Positions 1-7,575 of a DNA stretch of 16,264 bases are shown here, in pieces. The DNA is from a virus. The DNA lies in UHGV virus genome UHGV-0349264. One strand, given 5' to 3'. A model generated the notes under the pieces. That model was not told the origin of the DNA. It was given only the letters and a program-made list of their open reading frames with translations, and ran no database searches. Both the position numbers and the translations under genes were made by a program. Each line of letters begins with the position of its first letter. Positions within the stretch are counted from its first letter, which is position 1.

Positions 1-92
1 CAATGAGATGTTTAATCTGGATTCACTCCAGAAGTGATCACCACCCTGTCTACAGAGCCAGATGTGAAGGATGATGAGTAAAATTATCGCTA

Positions 93-560
93 TCATCGAA
101 GGCATTGCGTCCTGATGTACTCCTGAAGCGTTCTCAGTGCTGTTTGGTCGCGGATAATTCCGTCCCGGACACCGAGAACGTTTCGTCCAGCAACTGGAGA
201 GAGTTCGACGGTGGCATCATTGCCCATGCCGGAGGCGCTGGAGGTTTCGGCTGAGGATGGCACAGGGCATTTTCCTTTGACGAGCACCCTGCCACCATTA
301 TCAAGCTTGCGCCGAAGAGCATCATTTTCAGCTTTCGCATCAGCTAACTCCTTCGTGTATTTAGCATCGAGTGCATCAGCAGTACGCTGGCGCTGCTGCA
401 TGTCAGTAATGGTGGCAGTCGCCTGCTTCAGCTCACTGACTTTTTTATCGCGCTGCTCTTTGTAGGCGATGGCGTTATCACGGTAGTGATTAACAGCCCA
501 TGACAGGCAAACGATGATGCAGATAACCAGAGCGGAGATAATCGCGGTTACTCTGCTCAT
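93..560 (-). CDS. Rz: Rz-type i-spanin (inner-membrane spanin subunit)
   Basis: 155-aa ORF directly downstream of the endolysin with a 4-nt overlap. The N-terminal TM segment and first ~60 aa ([30 protein letters not shown]...) match lambda Rz as I recall it; the C-terminal half diverges. Confidence 0.85.
   Translation of the reverse strand: MSRVTAIISALVICIIVCLSWAVNHYRDNAIAYKEQRDKKVSELKQATATITDMQQRQRTADALDAKYTKELADAKAENDALRRKLDNGGRVLVKGKCPVPSSAETSSASGMGNDATVELSPVAGRNVLGVRDGIIRDQTALRTLQEYIRTQCLR
134..340 (-). CDS. Rz1: Rz1-type o-spanin lipoprotein, embedded in the +1 frame of Rz
   Basis: ORF wholly inside Rz in another frame. It has a signal peptide with lipobox (LIMVAGC) and a proline-rich stretch ([11 protein letters not shown]), the classic Rz1 architecture. 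The exact start codon is uncertain. Confidence 0.7.
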   Translation of the reverse strand: MRKLKMMLFGASLIMVAGCSSKENALCHPQPKPPAPPAWAMMPPSNSLQLLDETFSVSGTELSATKQH

Positions 561-1033
561 ACCTCAATCTCTCTGACCGTTCCGCCAGCTTCTTTGAATT
601 TTGCAATCAGACTGTCAGCCTTATGCTCGAACTGACCATAACCAGCGCCCGGCAGTGAAGCCCAGATATTGCTGCAACGGTCGATTGCCTGACGGATATC
701 GCCACGGTCAATCATCGGTAAAGCGCCACGCTCTTTAATCTGCTGCAGTGCCACAGCGTCCTGGCTTTTGGGAGAGAAGTCTTTCAGGCCAAGCTGCTTG
801 CGGTAGGCATCCCACCAACGGGAAAGAAGCTGGTAGCGTCCGGCGGCTGTTGATTTGAGTTTGGGGTTTAGCGTGACAAGTTTACGAGGGTGATCGGAGT
901 AATCAGTGAATAGCTCTCCTCCTACAATGACGTCATAACCATGATTTCTGGTTTTCTGCCGTCCGTTATCAGTTCCCTCTGACCATGCCAGCATATCGAG
1001 GAACGCCTTACGTTGATTATTGATTTCCACCAT
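557..1033 (-). CDS. R: Endolysin, lambda R-type lytic transglycosylase
   Basis: 158-aa product ([35 protein letters not shown]...) is near-identical to lambda R as recalled. It overlaps the holin upstream and Rz downstream. Confidence 0.95.
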   Translation of the reverse strand: MVEINNQRKAFLDMLAWSEGTDNGRQKTRNHGYDVIVGGELFTDYSDHPRKLVTLNPKLKSTAAGRYQLLSRWWDAYRKQLGLKDFSPKSQDAVALQQIKERGALPMIDRGDIRQAIDRCSNIWASLPGAGYGQFEHKADSLIAKFKEAGGTVREIEV

Positions 1034-1340
1034 CTTCTACTCCGGCTTTTTTAGCAGCGAAGCGTTTGATAAGCGAACCAATCGAGTCAGTACCGATGTA
1101 GCCGATGAACACGCTCGTTATATAAGCGAGATTGCTACTTAGTCCGGCGAGGTCGAGAAGATCACGAATGAACCAGGCGATAATGGCGCACATCGTTGCG
1201 TCGATTACTGTTTTTGTAAACGCACCACCATTATATCTGCCGCGAAGGTACGCCATTGCAAACGCAAGGATTGCCCCGATGCCTTGTTCCTTTGCCGCGA
1301 GAATGGCGGCTAACAGGTCATGTTTTTCTGGCATCTTCAT
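1017..1340 (-). CDS. S: Class I holin, lambda S-type with dual-start motif
   Basis: 107-aa product starting [32 protein letters not shown]..., with three TM segments and a charged C-terminus. The Met-Lys-Met dual start is typical of S107/S105. Confidence 0.95.
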   Translation of the reverse strand: MKMPEKHDLLAAILAAKEQGIGAILAFAMAYLRGRYNGGAFTKTVIDATMCAIIAWFIRDLLDLAGLSSNLAYITSVFIGYIGTDSIGSLIKRFAAKKAGVEDGGNQ

Positions 1341-1582
1341 GTCTTACCCCCAATAAGGGGATTTGCTCTATTTAATTAGGAATAAGGTCGATTACTGATA
1401 GAACAAATCCAGGCTACTGTGTTTAGTAATCAGATTTGTTCGTGACCGATATGCACGGGCAAAACGGCAGGAGGTTGTTAGCGCGACCTCCTTCCACCCG
1501 CTTTCACGAAGATCATGTGTAGAAGGCCGCAGCATAACTATCACTGATGAATTCAGGATAGCCATTGGCTACGGCTCAGTTA

Positions 1583-1658
1583 TGGTGCTGGTTAACGGAC
1601 TTGAACCGCTACCCATTCGCTTACAAGGCGACTGCTCTACCATTGGAGCTAAACCAGC
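1583..1658 (-). tRNA. tRNA-like gene, anticodon UGU (Thr), with encoded CCA
   Basis: Hand-folded 76-nt cloverleaf on the minus strand: acceptor GCTGGTT/AACCAGC (7 perfect bp), D-arm GCTC-CAATGGTA-GAGC, anticodon arm GTCGC-CTTGTAA-GCGAA, T-arm AGCGG-TTCAAGT-CCGTT, discriminator A, CCA. Confidence 0.7.
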
Positions 1659-1663
1659 ATGTT

Positions 1664-1738
1664 TGGCGGGACAGCGTGGACTCGAACCACGATAAGAAGG
1701 TTAACAGCCTTCCGTAATGACCTTTATACGACTGACCC
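1664..1738 (-). tRNA. tRNA-like gene, anticodon GUU (Asn), with encoded CCA; one acceptor-stem mismatch
   Basis: 75-nt cloverleaf: acceptor GGGTCAG/CTGTCCC (U4-U68 mismatch), D-arm GTAT-AAAGGTCA-TTAC, perfect anticodon stem GAAGG/CCTTC with loop CTGTTAA, perfect T-arm CGTGG-TTCGAGT-CCACG, discriminator G, CCA. It starts 3 nt after the tR' T-tract. Confidence 0.6.
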
Positions 1739-1740
1739 AA

Positions 1741-1801
1741 AGAAAAAATCCCGAAACAGTTCGCAGGTAATAGTTAGAGCCTGCACAACGGTTTCGGGAT
1801 T
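1741..1801 (-). terminator. tR'-like intrinsic terminator ending the short pR' transcript
   Basis: Minus strand reads AATCCCGAAAC...GTTTCGGGATT followed by TTTTTT: an 11-bp stem with a large loop and a U-tract, about 190 nt downstream of the pR' -10. Confidence 0.7.
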
Positions 1802-1935
1802 GCATTTTGCAGACCTCTCAGCCTGCGATGGTTGGAGTTCCAGACGATACGTCGAAGTGACCAACTAGGCGGAATCGGTAGTAAGCGCCGCCTCTTTTCA
1901 TCTCACTACCACAACGAGCGAATTAACCCATCGTT
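1741..1935 (-). ncRNA. 6S-like short late leader RNA (pR' to tR'), expected to carry the qut region
   Basis: Interval from the predicted pR' start to the tR' U-tract is ~190 nt, matching the lambda 6S RNA arrangement. No ORF of significance on this strand. Confidence 0.5.
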
Positions 1936-1941
1936 GAGTCA

Positions 1942-1970
1942 AATTTACCCAACTTTATTCAATAAGTCAA
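1942..1970 (-). promoter_or_regulatory. Late promoter pR' (-35 TTGACT, 17-nt spacer, -10 TAAATT)
   Basis: Minus strand reads TTGACT-tattgaataaagttggg-TAAATT, immediately downstream of the Q stop codon. Confidence 0.65.
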
Positions 1971-2012
1971 TATCATGCCGTTAATATGTTGCCATCCGTG
2001 GCAATCATGCTG

Positions 2013-2636
2013 CTAACGTGTGACCGCATTCAAAATGTTGTCTGCGATTGACTCTTCCTTGTGGCATTGCACCACCAGAGCGTCATACAGCGGCTTAACA
2101 GTGCGTGACCAGGTTGGTTGGGTAAGGTTGGGTATTAGCATCGTCACAGCGCGATATGCTGCGCTTGCTGGCATCCTTGAATAGCCGACGCCTTTGCATC
2201 TTCCGCACTCTTTCTCGACAACTCTCCCCCACAGCTCTGTTTTGGCAATATCAACCGCACGGCCTGTACCATGGCAATCTCTGCATCTTGCCCCCGGCGT
2301 CGCGGCACTACGGCAATAATCCGCATAAGCGAATGTTGCGAGCACTTGCAGTACCTTTGCCTTAGTATTTCCTTCAAGCTTTGCCACACCACGGTATTTC
2401 CCCGATACCTTGTGTGCAAATTGCATCAGATAGTTGATAGCCTTTTGTTTGTCGTTCTGGCTGAGTTCGTGCTTACCACAGAATGCAGCCATTCCGAATC
2501 CGGCTTGTGATTGCGCCATCCCCATAGCAGCCATCACATCAGTACCGGAAAGAGAGTCAGAAGCCGTAGCCCGTGGTGAGTCGCTCATCATCGGGCTTTT
2601 TGGCGAATGAAATTTAGCTACGCTTTCGAGTCTCAT
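2013..2636 (-). CDS. Q: Late-gene antiterminator Q (lambda type)
   Basis: 207-aa product MRLESVAKFHSPKSPMMSDSPRATASDSLSGTDVMAAM... with the Cys-rich zinc-binding region (CRDCHGTGR...CGRCKGVGY). It matches lambda Q as recalled and lies directly upstream of pR'. Confidence 0.95.
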   Translation of the reverse strand: MRLESVAKFHSPKSPMMSDSPRATASDSLSGTDVMAAMGMAQSQAGFGMAAFCGKHELSQNDKQKAINYLMQFAHKVSGKYRGVAKLEGNTKAKVLQVLATFAYADYCRSAATPGARCRDCHGTGRAVDIAKTELWGRVVEKECGRCKGVGYSRMPASAAYRAVTMLIPNLTQPTWSRTVKPLYDALVVQCHKEESIADNILNAVTR

Positions 2637-2821
2637 CGTCTTCCCCTCTTGCCCTGTTTGACCATCAGGACGCCGTTAACTATTACATGACGCTCACCTT
2701 TGCTGTCTCTGTTGTACTTGAGCACTGTTCCTCTTGCACAGGAAAGCCTCCTCGCCACTTCGGTCTGATTGCCTCGTGTCTGGATAAGAAGTTCTGGTAT
2801 CGTTTGAATTGTGGCGTTCAT
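2633..2821 (-). CDS. ninH: NinH-like small HTH protein
   Basis: 62-aa ORF with ATGA overlap onto Q. The motif TIPELLIQTRGNQTEVARRLSCARGTVLKY resembles lambda NinH (..GNQTEVARRL..RGTV.KY..). Confidence 0.7.
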   Translation of the reverse strand: MNATIQTIPELLIQTRGNQTEVARRLSCARGTVLKYNRDSKGERHVIVNGVLMVKQGKRGRR

Positions 2822-3180
2822 ACGTTCTCCAGTTCGGTGATTTTTATTCCAAGCCTTCCGCCTGGTACTTTCACACCACGAATTACGCGAATGTCATCGA
2901 ATTGCTCGTCGTCTTCCGCAAATCCGGCGTGGATAAGGGAGTCGAGTAAACCTTTCAGGATGTTGTCGAGGTCGCGGCGGCGGGAGTCTGGAACGTCTGC
3001 GATGACTTTGATACGGAGTCGTGATTTGGTGAAAATGTCTAACTTGAGTTGGCGAATGATTTGCTGAACGTCTTTTCGGTATTTCTGGCCTTTATCGCTG
3101 ATGTAGTATTGGCTTCCCCGTCTTCGCCAGTAGGTATTCACCGACGGCGGGTAAGGAAGCACAAACTGATATTCGTTCAT
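2818..3180 (-). CDS. rusA: RusA-family Holliday junction resolvase
   Basis: 120-aa product with the conserved RusA core (PDSRRRDLDNILKGLLDSLIHAGF..DD). Its size and nin-region position match rusA of lambdoid prophages. Confidence 0.9.
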   Translation of the reverse strand: MNEYQFVLPYPPSVNTYWRRRGSQYYISDKGQKYRKDVQQIIRQLKLDIFTKSRLRIKVIADVPDSRRRDLDNILKGLLDSLIHAGFAEDDEQFDDIRVIRGVKVPGGRLGIKITELENV

Positions 3181-3467
3181 GGCTTAATCTTCCCCTCCTT
3201 CAGCAGTATCGCCTGCGTCCTGATCACGCCTTCGAGGTGGTAAAGTCTGGCGTCTTTGTTGTCGAGGTTATGGGTGCGTCGGTCGATTTCATCGTGACAC
3301 GCGCTACAAGCCCATGCGCCGATCAGGTCGTCAGGCTTCATTCCCGTTCCGCAAATTCCAGCCATCCGGTAATGTGCCAGAACTGTAGTTTCAGGATTGC
3401 CATTGCATACGCCGTAAATACGTACCTGGCATTCTCTGCCGCGTGCTTCTTTGCGTAGATTAGCCAT
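3177..3467 (-). CDS. ybcO: YbcO-like (DUF1364) Cys/His-containing protein, putative nuclease
   Basis: 96-aa product MANLRKEARGRECQVRIYGVCNGNPETTVLAHYR...CSACHDEIDRRTH resembles DLP12 YbcO as recalled. It overlaps rusA by 4 nt. Confidence 0.75.
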   Translation of the reverse strand: MANLRKEARGRECQVRIYGVCNGNPETTVLAHYRMAGICGTGMKPDDLIGAWACSACHDEIDRRTHNLDNKDARLYHLEGVIRTQAILLKEGKIKP

Positions 3468-4189
3468 TAAGCAGCCTCCCCGGTTACTTTCAGCATTCCG
3501 TTATCGAGCAGCTTTCTGGTCAGCCACTGTTGACCACGCCCGGTGATTTTTGTGGTGAACGATATCTGTATTCCGTGATTTGTGTTGACCGCTGTTTCTT
3601 TCACTGTGAAATAGCCGCGATCCATATATTCCTGCATTGGCACATTGCGCCGGGAACCTGAAGCAATAAGGATTTTGTGATCGCGCATCCACGCAAACAG
3701 TTTGTTTGGACCAATTCCAACAACCTTTGCAAAGTTTCCAATCAAAATTCCGCTGGCCTCGCCAACGCGATCGGCAAACTCAACTTTAGGTGCGGCAATT
3801 GCGAGCTGGTTTTCCAGTTGCATTTTCTGCTCAGCAAGATCAGCAGCAAGGCGCAACGCTTCTGGTAGCGTTTTGGGGATATTAACCGCAGCTTCTTCAA
3901 GCTCTCGCCAACGGTCAACAAGACGAGCGGTGAATTCCGGCGACAACTGAGCGACGACAATAATGCTGTCTCGCTTACCTTGTTCGCCCTCAAAAACGTA
4001 AGCCTCTACGCCACGAAGTAATCCTAAGTTATTGATTTTTTCGAAAACCACCATTGGGGGATTTCGGATCACACCTCGAGCCGCCAGTCGTTCAATAGAT
4101 TGTTTCACCTTGTCATGACGACTTCCCACCAACTCAGCGATTTCAATGCTTGTCATTTTGATGGCATTGCCATTTATTAACTCATTCAT
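3467..4189 (-). CDS. Antirepressor-like protein: N-terminal Rha-type regulatory domain plus C-terminal KilA-C/ANT-like domain
   Basis: 240-aa ORF. The N-terminus (TSIEIAELVGSRHDKVKQSIERL) looks like the phage Rha regulatory domain and the C-terminal half looks like the KilAC antirepressor domain. Its start overlaps the ninF stop (ATGAATGA) and its stop overlaps the ybcO start. Confidence 0.7.
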   Translation of the reverse strand: MNELINGNAIKMTSIEIAELVGSRHDKVKQSIERLAARGVIRNPPMVVFEKINNLGLLRGVEAYVFEGEQGKRDSIIVVAQLSPEFTARLVDRWRELEEAAVNIPKTLPEALRLAADLAEQKMQLENQLAIAAPKVEFADRVGEASGILIGNFAKVVGIGPNKLFAWMRDHKILIASGSRRNVPMQEYMDRGYFTVKETAVNTNHGIQISFTTKITGRGQQWLTRKLLDNGMLKVTGEAA

Positions 4190-4352
4190 CGTCTTCTTCC
4201 TCGTACATTGAGCTATTCGGATCGCTCATCAGTTCTGCGCAGCAATCGGAGCACACGTGAACTTCCAGTACATGCAGCTTCTGACCGCAGTTAGCGCACG
4301 TTAAAGCCCGCTCGACGCTTTCTTGTTCGTAACTTCGATTTGGGTCAATCAC
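4182..4352 (-). CDS. ninF: NinF-like zinc-ribbon protein (GTG start)
   Basis: Not in the supplied ORF track (under 60 aa). Hand translation from GTG at 4352 gives [56 protein letters not shown] (56 aa), which matches lambda NinF as recalled. RBS GAGGAA lies upstream. Confidence 0.75.
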   Translation of the reverse strand: MIDPNRSYEQESVERALTCANCGQKLHVLEVHVCSDCCAELMSDPNSSMYEEEDDE

Positions 4353-4531
4353 CTTGTTTTCCTCGCACGTTCTCTAAGCCACCGGATATCCCACAGGTGA
4401 GCCGTGTAGTTGAAGGTTTTTACGTCAGATTCTTTTGGGATTGGCTTGCGTTTATTTCTGGAGCGCTTCGTTGGAAGGTATTTGCAGTTTTCGCAGATTA
4501 TGTCGGTGATACTTCGTCGCTGTCTCGCCAT
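4349..4531 (-). CDS. ninE: NinE
   Basis: 60-aa product [60 protein letters not shown], essentially lambda NinE as recalled. Confidence 0.85.
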   Translation of the reverse strand: MARQRRSITDIICENCKYLPTKRSRNKRKPIPKESDVKTFNYTAHLWDIRWLRERARKTR

Positions 4532-4671
4532 ACGTCCTCCTTTTCCTGCGGTAGTGGTAAAACTCCTGTTGGTGTTCTTTCACACCGGAGACACCATCGA
4601 TTCCAGTAAGGTTGATTTGGTCTGAAGCGGTTATCTTCTTTGCATTCACCGCACCGATCACATCGCATCAT
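4498..4671 (-). CDS. ninD: NinD (zinc-finger protein); start taken at the internal Met of the 77-aa track ORF
   Basis: The C-terminal 57 aa ([57 protein letters not shown]) match lambda NinD in length and sequence as recalled. The upstream extension overlaps ninB and is probably not translated. Confidence 0.8.
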   Translation of the reverse strand: MMRCDRCGECKEDNRFRPNQPYWNRWCLRCERTPTGVLPLPQEKEDVWRDSDEVSPT

Positions 4672-5108
4672 GCTGCCCGGTCTCCCCATCGCGCTTTCCA
4701 TTCCAGAGCCAGTCGCGCTTCGTCTGACCACTTAACGCCACGCTCTGTACCGAATGCCTGTATAAGCTCTAATAGCTCCGCAAATTCGCTTACACGCATC
4801 CTGCTGGTTGACTGGCCTATTACCACAAAGCCATTCCCGGCAAGGTTAGGAACAACATCCTGCTGCTTTAATGCTGCGGTAAACACACACTTCCAGCTTT
4901 CTGCATCCAGCCAGCGACCATGCCATTCAACCTGACGAGAGACGTCACCAAGGCAAGCCCAAAGCTTTCGATTCTGGTCTAAGCTGCGGTTGCGTTCCTG
5001 AATGGTTACTACGATTGGTTTGGTTGGGTCTGGAAGAATTTGCTGTACCGCGTGAATAGCGTTTTGCTGATGTGCTGGAGATCGAATTTCAAAGGTTAGT
5101 TTTTTCAT
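4668..5108 (-). CDS. ninB: NinB (recombination mediator, Orf family)
   Basis: 146-aa product from the internal Met ([55 protein letters not shown]...), matching lambda NinB as recalled. ninC and ren are absent. Confidence 0.9.
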   Translation of the reverse strand: MKKLTFEIRSPAHQQNAIHAVQQILPDPTKPIVVTIQERNRSLDQNRKLWACLGDVSRQVEWHGRWLDAESWKCVFTAALKQQDVVPNLAGNGFVVIGQSTSRMRVSEFAELLELIQAFGTERGVKWSDEARLALEWKARWGDRAA

Positions 5109-5123
5109 GACTTCCCTCTCCCC

Positions 5124-5156
5124 CAAATAAAAAGGCCTGCGATTACCAGCAGGCCT
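5124..5156 (-). terminator. tR2-like intrinsic terminator between the helicase gene and ninB
   Basis: Minus strand: AGGCCTGC-tggtaatc-GCAGGCCT (8-bp GC-rich stem) followed by TTTTTATTT. Confidence 0.6.
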
Positions 5157-5181
5157 GTTACAAGCTCAGTGATGTAGATGG

Positions 5182-7575
5182 TCATACGTCAGCCCCTTGT
5201 GCATATCGTCTGCCACGTGCAGCAGGTGCATTTGATGTTGTGCAAATCTGTCTGGCTTCATCCTGGTCACATGCAACAAAGTGTCCGTTGCAGAACCGCT
5301 GGTAAACCGTACCAAGCGAGCCAAAACGGTTTTTTGTCACAATGATTTCAGCAAATGGCGCGGCGCTACTGTTCTCGTCATATACCGCTTCCCGATAGAG
5401 CATGATGATTGAGTCTGCGTCCTGTTCAATGCTTCCTGAATCACGCAAATCTGCGTTTGTCGGGCGTTTGTTTGGTCGCTTCTCAACATCGCGCGAAAGC
5501 TGACTCAGGGAGATAACAGGCGTTTTCAGGTCTTTCGCCATCGCCTTCAGGCTTCCGGAGATGTGAGCAATTGCGAGATCGTTGCGATCTGCTTTAGGCT
5601 TCTCAATCAGGCCAAGATAATCCACCATGATGAGTGACAGGTTTGGATTTTCCTGTTTATGCCGTTCTGCGATTGAGCGTATTTCTTCGACCGATAACCG
5701 AGAGGCATCGACTACCCATACATCCAAATCTGCAAGCTGACTCATGCCGTTAGCAACACGCGCCCAGCCTTCGTCATCCATCGATGCAGGATTTCGCAGT
5801 ACGCTAACCGACATCCTCCCGGCGTTGGCAATGCTTCGCTCTGCAATCTGCAATGCGCTCATTTCCATTGAGAAAATCAATACCCCGCGCCGGACGTCAG
5901 AACCAGGAATAACGCGGCTTGCCACGCCTTCGGCAATCTTCAGCGCCAGTTCCGTATTGTGCGTAACGATGTAATCCGTTGTCACATAGAGATGACTAGG
6001 ATGGCTTACCATGATGCAGAGACACTCTTCTGGCTCAACAACTTCAACCGATTTGATACCCACACCAAGGTTACCAAGCCTGTTAATCCCGAGATTTTTA
6101 CGTAAACGTGGTGAGTGAATTTGCTCTATCAAAGATGATGGCAACTTCATGCTGACCATGTGTGCGTCAAGTCCGGCATGCTTCTCTCCTTTGTACGTGT
6201 AAACTATTCCCGTCCTGCTGGATTCTTTGGCGGTTCCACCTAAAGATCTAACAAGCCTTACTAATCCTTTAGCTAATTTCTGACTTGATGAACTAAAGCG
6301 GATGCATCCGGACTTCTCAACCCAGCCATCTGTCTCGAGCAGGCCAGTTAAAACACCGGTACGTATTTCTTTGCTAGCACTAAAAATTTCTTCTGGGATT
6401 TCCTTCTCGGACGCACCTTTCCCGATCACCCCAATGCCACGTAGTTTGTCCAATAGTGGGTTCTTCTGGCCTTTTTGGTTACTTATCAAATAATCATTCT
6501 CTCCTACCTTAACCAGTCGCAGTGGTGCAATTGCATCACTCATGCGGCTCAGGACATATTCTTCCGAGTTGGTGAATTTGATGCCTTTTATCAACGAACC
6601 GTCACCAAGTAGAGCCCCAATAACCCAACCATCAAGGGGAATATTTTTACCAAAGTCTCCGGTCAAGGATGGCACTCTTATTCTTCCCTGATAACGTGTT
6701 TTTTGTAGCATCCCAGCCAGCGCATCAGTATCAACAACGCGTTTACCAGTAAATCTTGATGATGAAATTTCCCATAAGTGGTTGTCGGCACATTTCACGC
6801 TACGTCCGTCTTCAAAGGTGACTAAATATGTGAATTTCTTCCCTTGCGGGAAGACGCCAATTACCTCCGAAGGAAGCCCGTCTATTGACGCGATGCGATC
6901 GCCAATTTTGACTTCTCCGTGAGTAGTCCAGGTGCCATCTGCAAGTAAAATCCCTTCGCTTAGCGCCATTGCTTTCCCCATACCAGGACGAGCAGCGATT
7001 ATCACAAGGTCTTCTGCGTTCATCCCTCCGGTGATGGCATCAAGTTCTTCGATTCCGGTCTTCAGGGTATCTGACTCTTCTCCGTTCCTCAGACGCCTGT
7101 CAAGCGTGTCAGTGTAGTCAGTGATGATTTCCCCTAACCGCACCGGTTTAACCTCGTCACGGGGCTTTCTGATGGCTGAGAGACGCTTTACAAGCTCATC
7201 CATCGCCTGACTCGATGCGTCGATGGTTCCGCTCCGAATTGGTTCACGCATTTCATCCATGATTTCCAGCACCAGACGGCGGTGATAGTTATCCGCGACC
7301 ATTCCGGCATATCCCTTCAGGTTTGCGGCACTCGGGCAGTTTTTGCTGGTCATCAGGATTGACGTGAAATGCTCCTCTCCGCACTCCTCGGCAACCAGCA
7401 GCGCGTCGATTAGGTTTCTGTTTCTCGCCTGCTTGCGGATAACCTCGAAGGCTTTTCTGTAGAGCGGAATTGAAAACGCTTCCGGCTCAAGCGTTGCCAG
7501 AACGTCACTGGCGGTTGGAGTTAATCCACCAATCAGCAAGCCACCGATAACGCTCGCTTCGATATCCTGTCTCAT
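5182..7575 (-). CDS. dnaB: DnaB-family replicative helicase interrupted by an in-frame intein in the Walker A P-loop
   Basis: 797-aa ORF. Residues 1-201 (ending ..[13 protein letters not shown]) and 541-797 ([64 protein letters not shown]) align with the DnaB N- and C-terminal domains. Extein total is 458 aa, similar to P22 gp12-type helicases. Confidence 0.9.
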   Translation of the reverse strand: MRQDIEASVIGGLLIGGLTPTASDVLATLEPEAFSIPLYRKAFEVIRKQARNRNLIDALLVAEECGEEHFTSILMTSKNCPSAANLKGYAGMVADNYHRRLVLEIMDEMREPIRSGTIDASSQAMDELVKRLSAIRKPRDEVKPVRLGEIITDYTDTLDRRLRNGEESDTLKTGIEELDAITGGMNAEDLVIIAARPGMGKAMALSEGILLADGTWTTHGEVKIGDRIASIDGLPSEVIGVFPQGKKFTYLVTFEDGRSVKCADNHLWEISSSRFTGKRVVDTDALAGMLQKTRYQGRIRVPSLTGDFGKNIPLDGWVIGALLGDGSLIKGIKFTNSEEYVLSRMSDAIAPLRLVKVGENDYLISNQKGQKNPLLDKLRGIGVIGKGASEKEIPEEIFSASKEIRTGVLTGLLETDGWVEKSGCIRFSSSSQKLAKGLVRLVRSLGGTAKESSRTGIVYTYKGEKHAGLDAHMVSMKLPSSLIEQIHSPRLRKNLGINRLGNLGVGIKSVEVVEPEECLCIMVSHPSHLYVTTDYIVTHNTELALKIAEGVASRVIPGSDVRRGVLIFSMEMSALQIAERSIANAGRMSVSVLRNPASMDDEGWARVANGMSQLADLDVWVVDASRLSVEEIRSIAERHKQENPNLSLIMVDYLGLIEKPKADRNDLAIAHISGSLKAMAKDLKTPVISLSQLSRDVEKRPNKRPTNADLRDSGSIEQDADSIIMLYREAVYDENSSAAPFAEIIVTKNRFGSLGTVYQRFCNGHFVACDQDEARQICTTSNAPAARGRRYAQGADV
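5956..6972 (-). other. Intein (339 aa) with LAGLIDADG homing-endonuclease domain, inserted between Lys and Thr of the helicase P-loop
   Basis: The insert begins [15 protein letters not shown] right after GMGK and ends ..DYIVTHN, followed by Thr that restores GMGK-T. Two LAGLIDADG-like motifs are present ([23 protein letters not shown]). Block B reads H-L-W, block F contains ECLC, and block G reads T-H-N. Confidence 0.75.

Noticed and set aside
211-465. 84-aa plus-strand ORF
   Set aside because: It lies entirely antisense within Rz/Rz1, has no RBS and no recognisable motif, and is most likely a chance open frame.
1132-1356. 74-aa plus-strand ORF
   Set aside because: It is antisense to the S holin gene, which is strongly supported.
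1659-1868. 69-aa plus-strand ORF
   Set aside because: It overlaps the tRNA-like genes and the tR'/6S region on the opposite strand, and that region is better explained as structured RNA.
2144-2510. Three ORFs (91 aa minus, 69 aa plus, 79 aa plus) inside Q
   Set aside because: They are alternative-frame or antisense ORFs within the well-supported Q gene.
2687-3458. Plus-strand ORFs of 126, 64 and 73 aa
   Set aside because: They are antisense to ninH-like, rusA and ybcO-like, which form a tightly coupled minus-strand operon.
3501-3993. ORFs of 63 to 83 aa on both strands
   Set aside because: They lie within or antisense to the antirepressor gene and have no independent support.
4340-4935. 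ORFs of 69 to 107 aa on both strands
   Set aside because: They overlap ninE, ninD and ninB in other frames or antisense. The supplied 77-aa ninD ORF is also trimmed to its internal Met because the extension overlaps ninB.
5744-7117. Three plus-strand ORFs of 61 to 76 aa
   Set aside because: They are antisense to the helicase/intein ORF.
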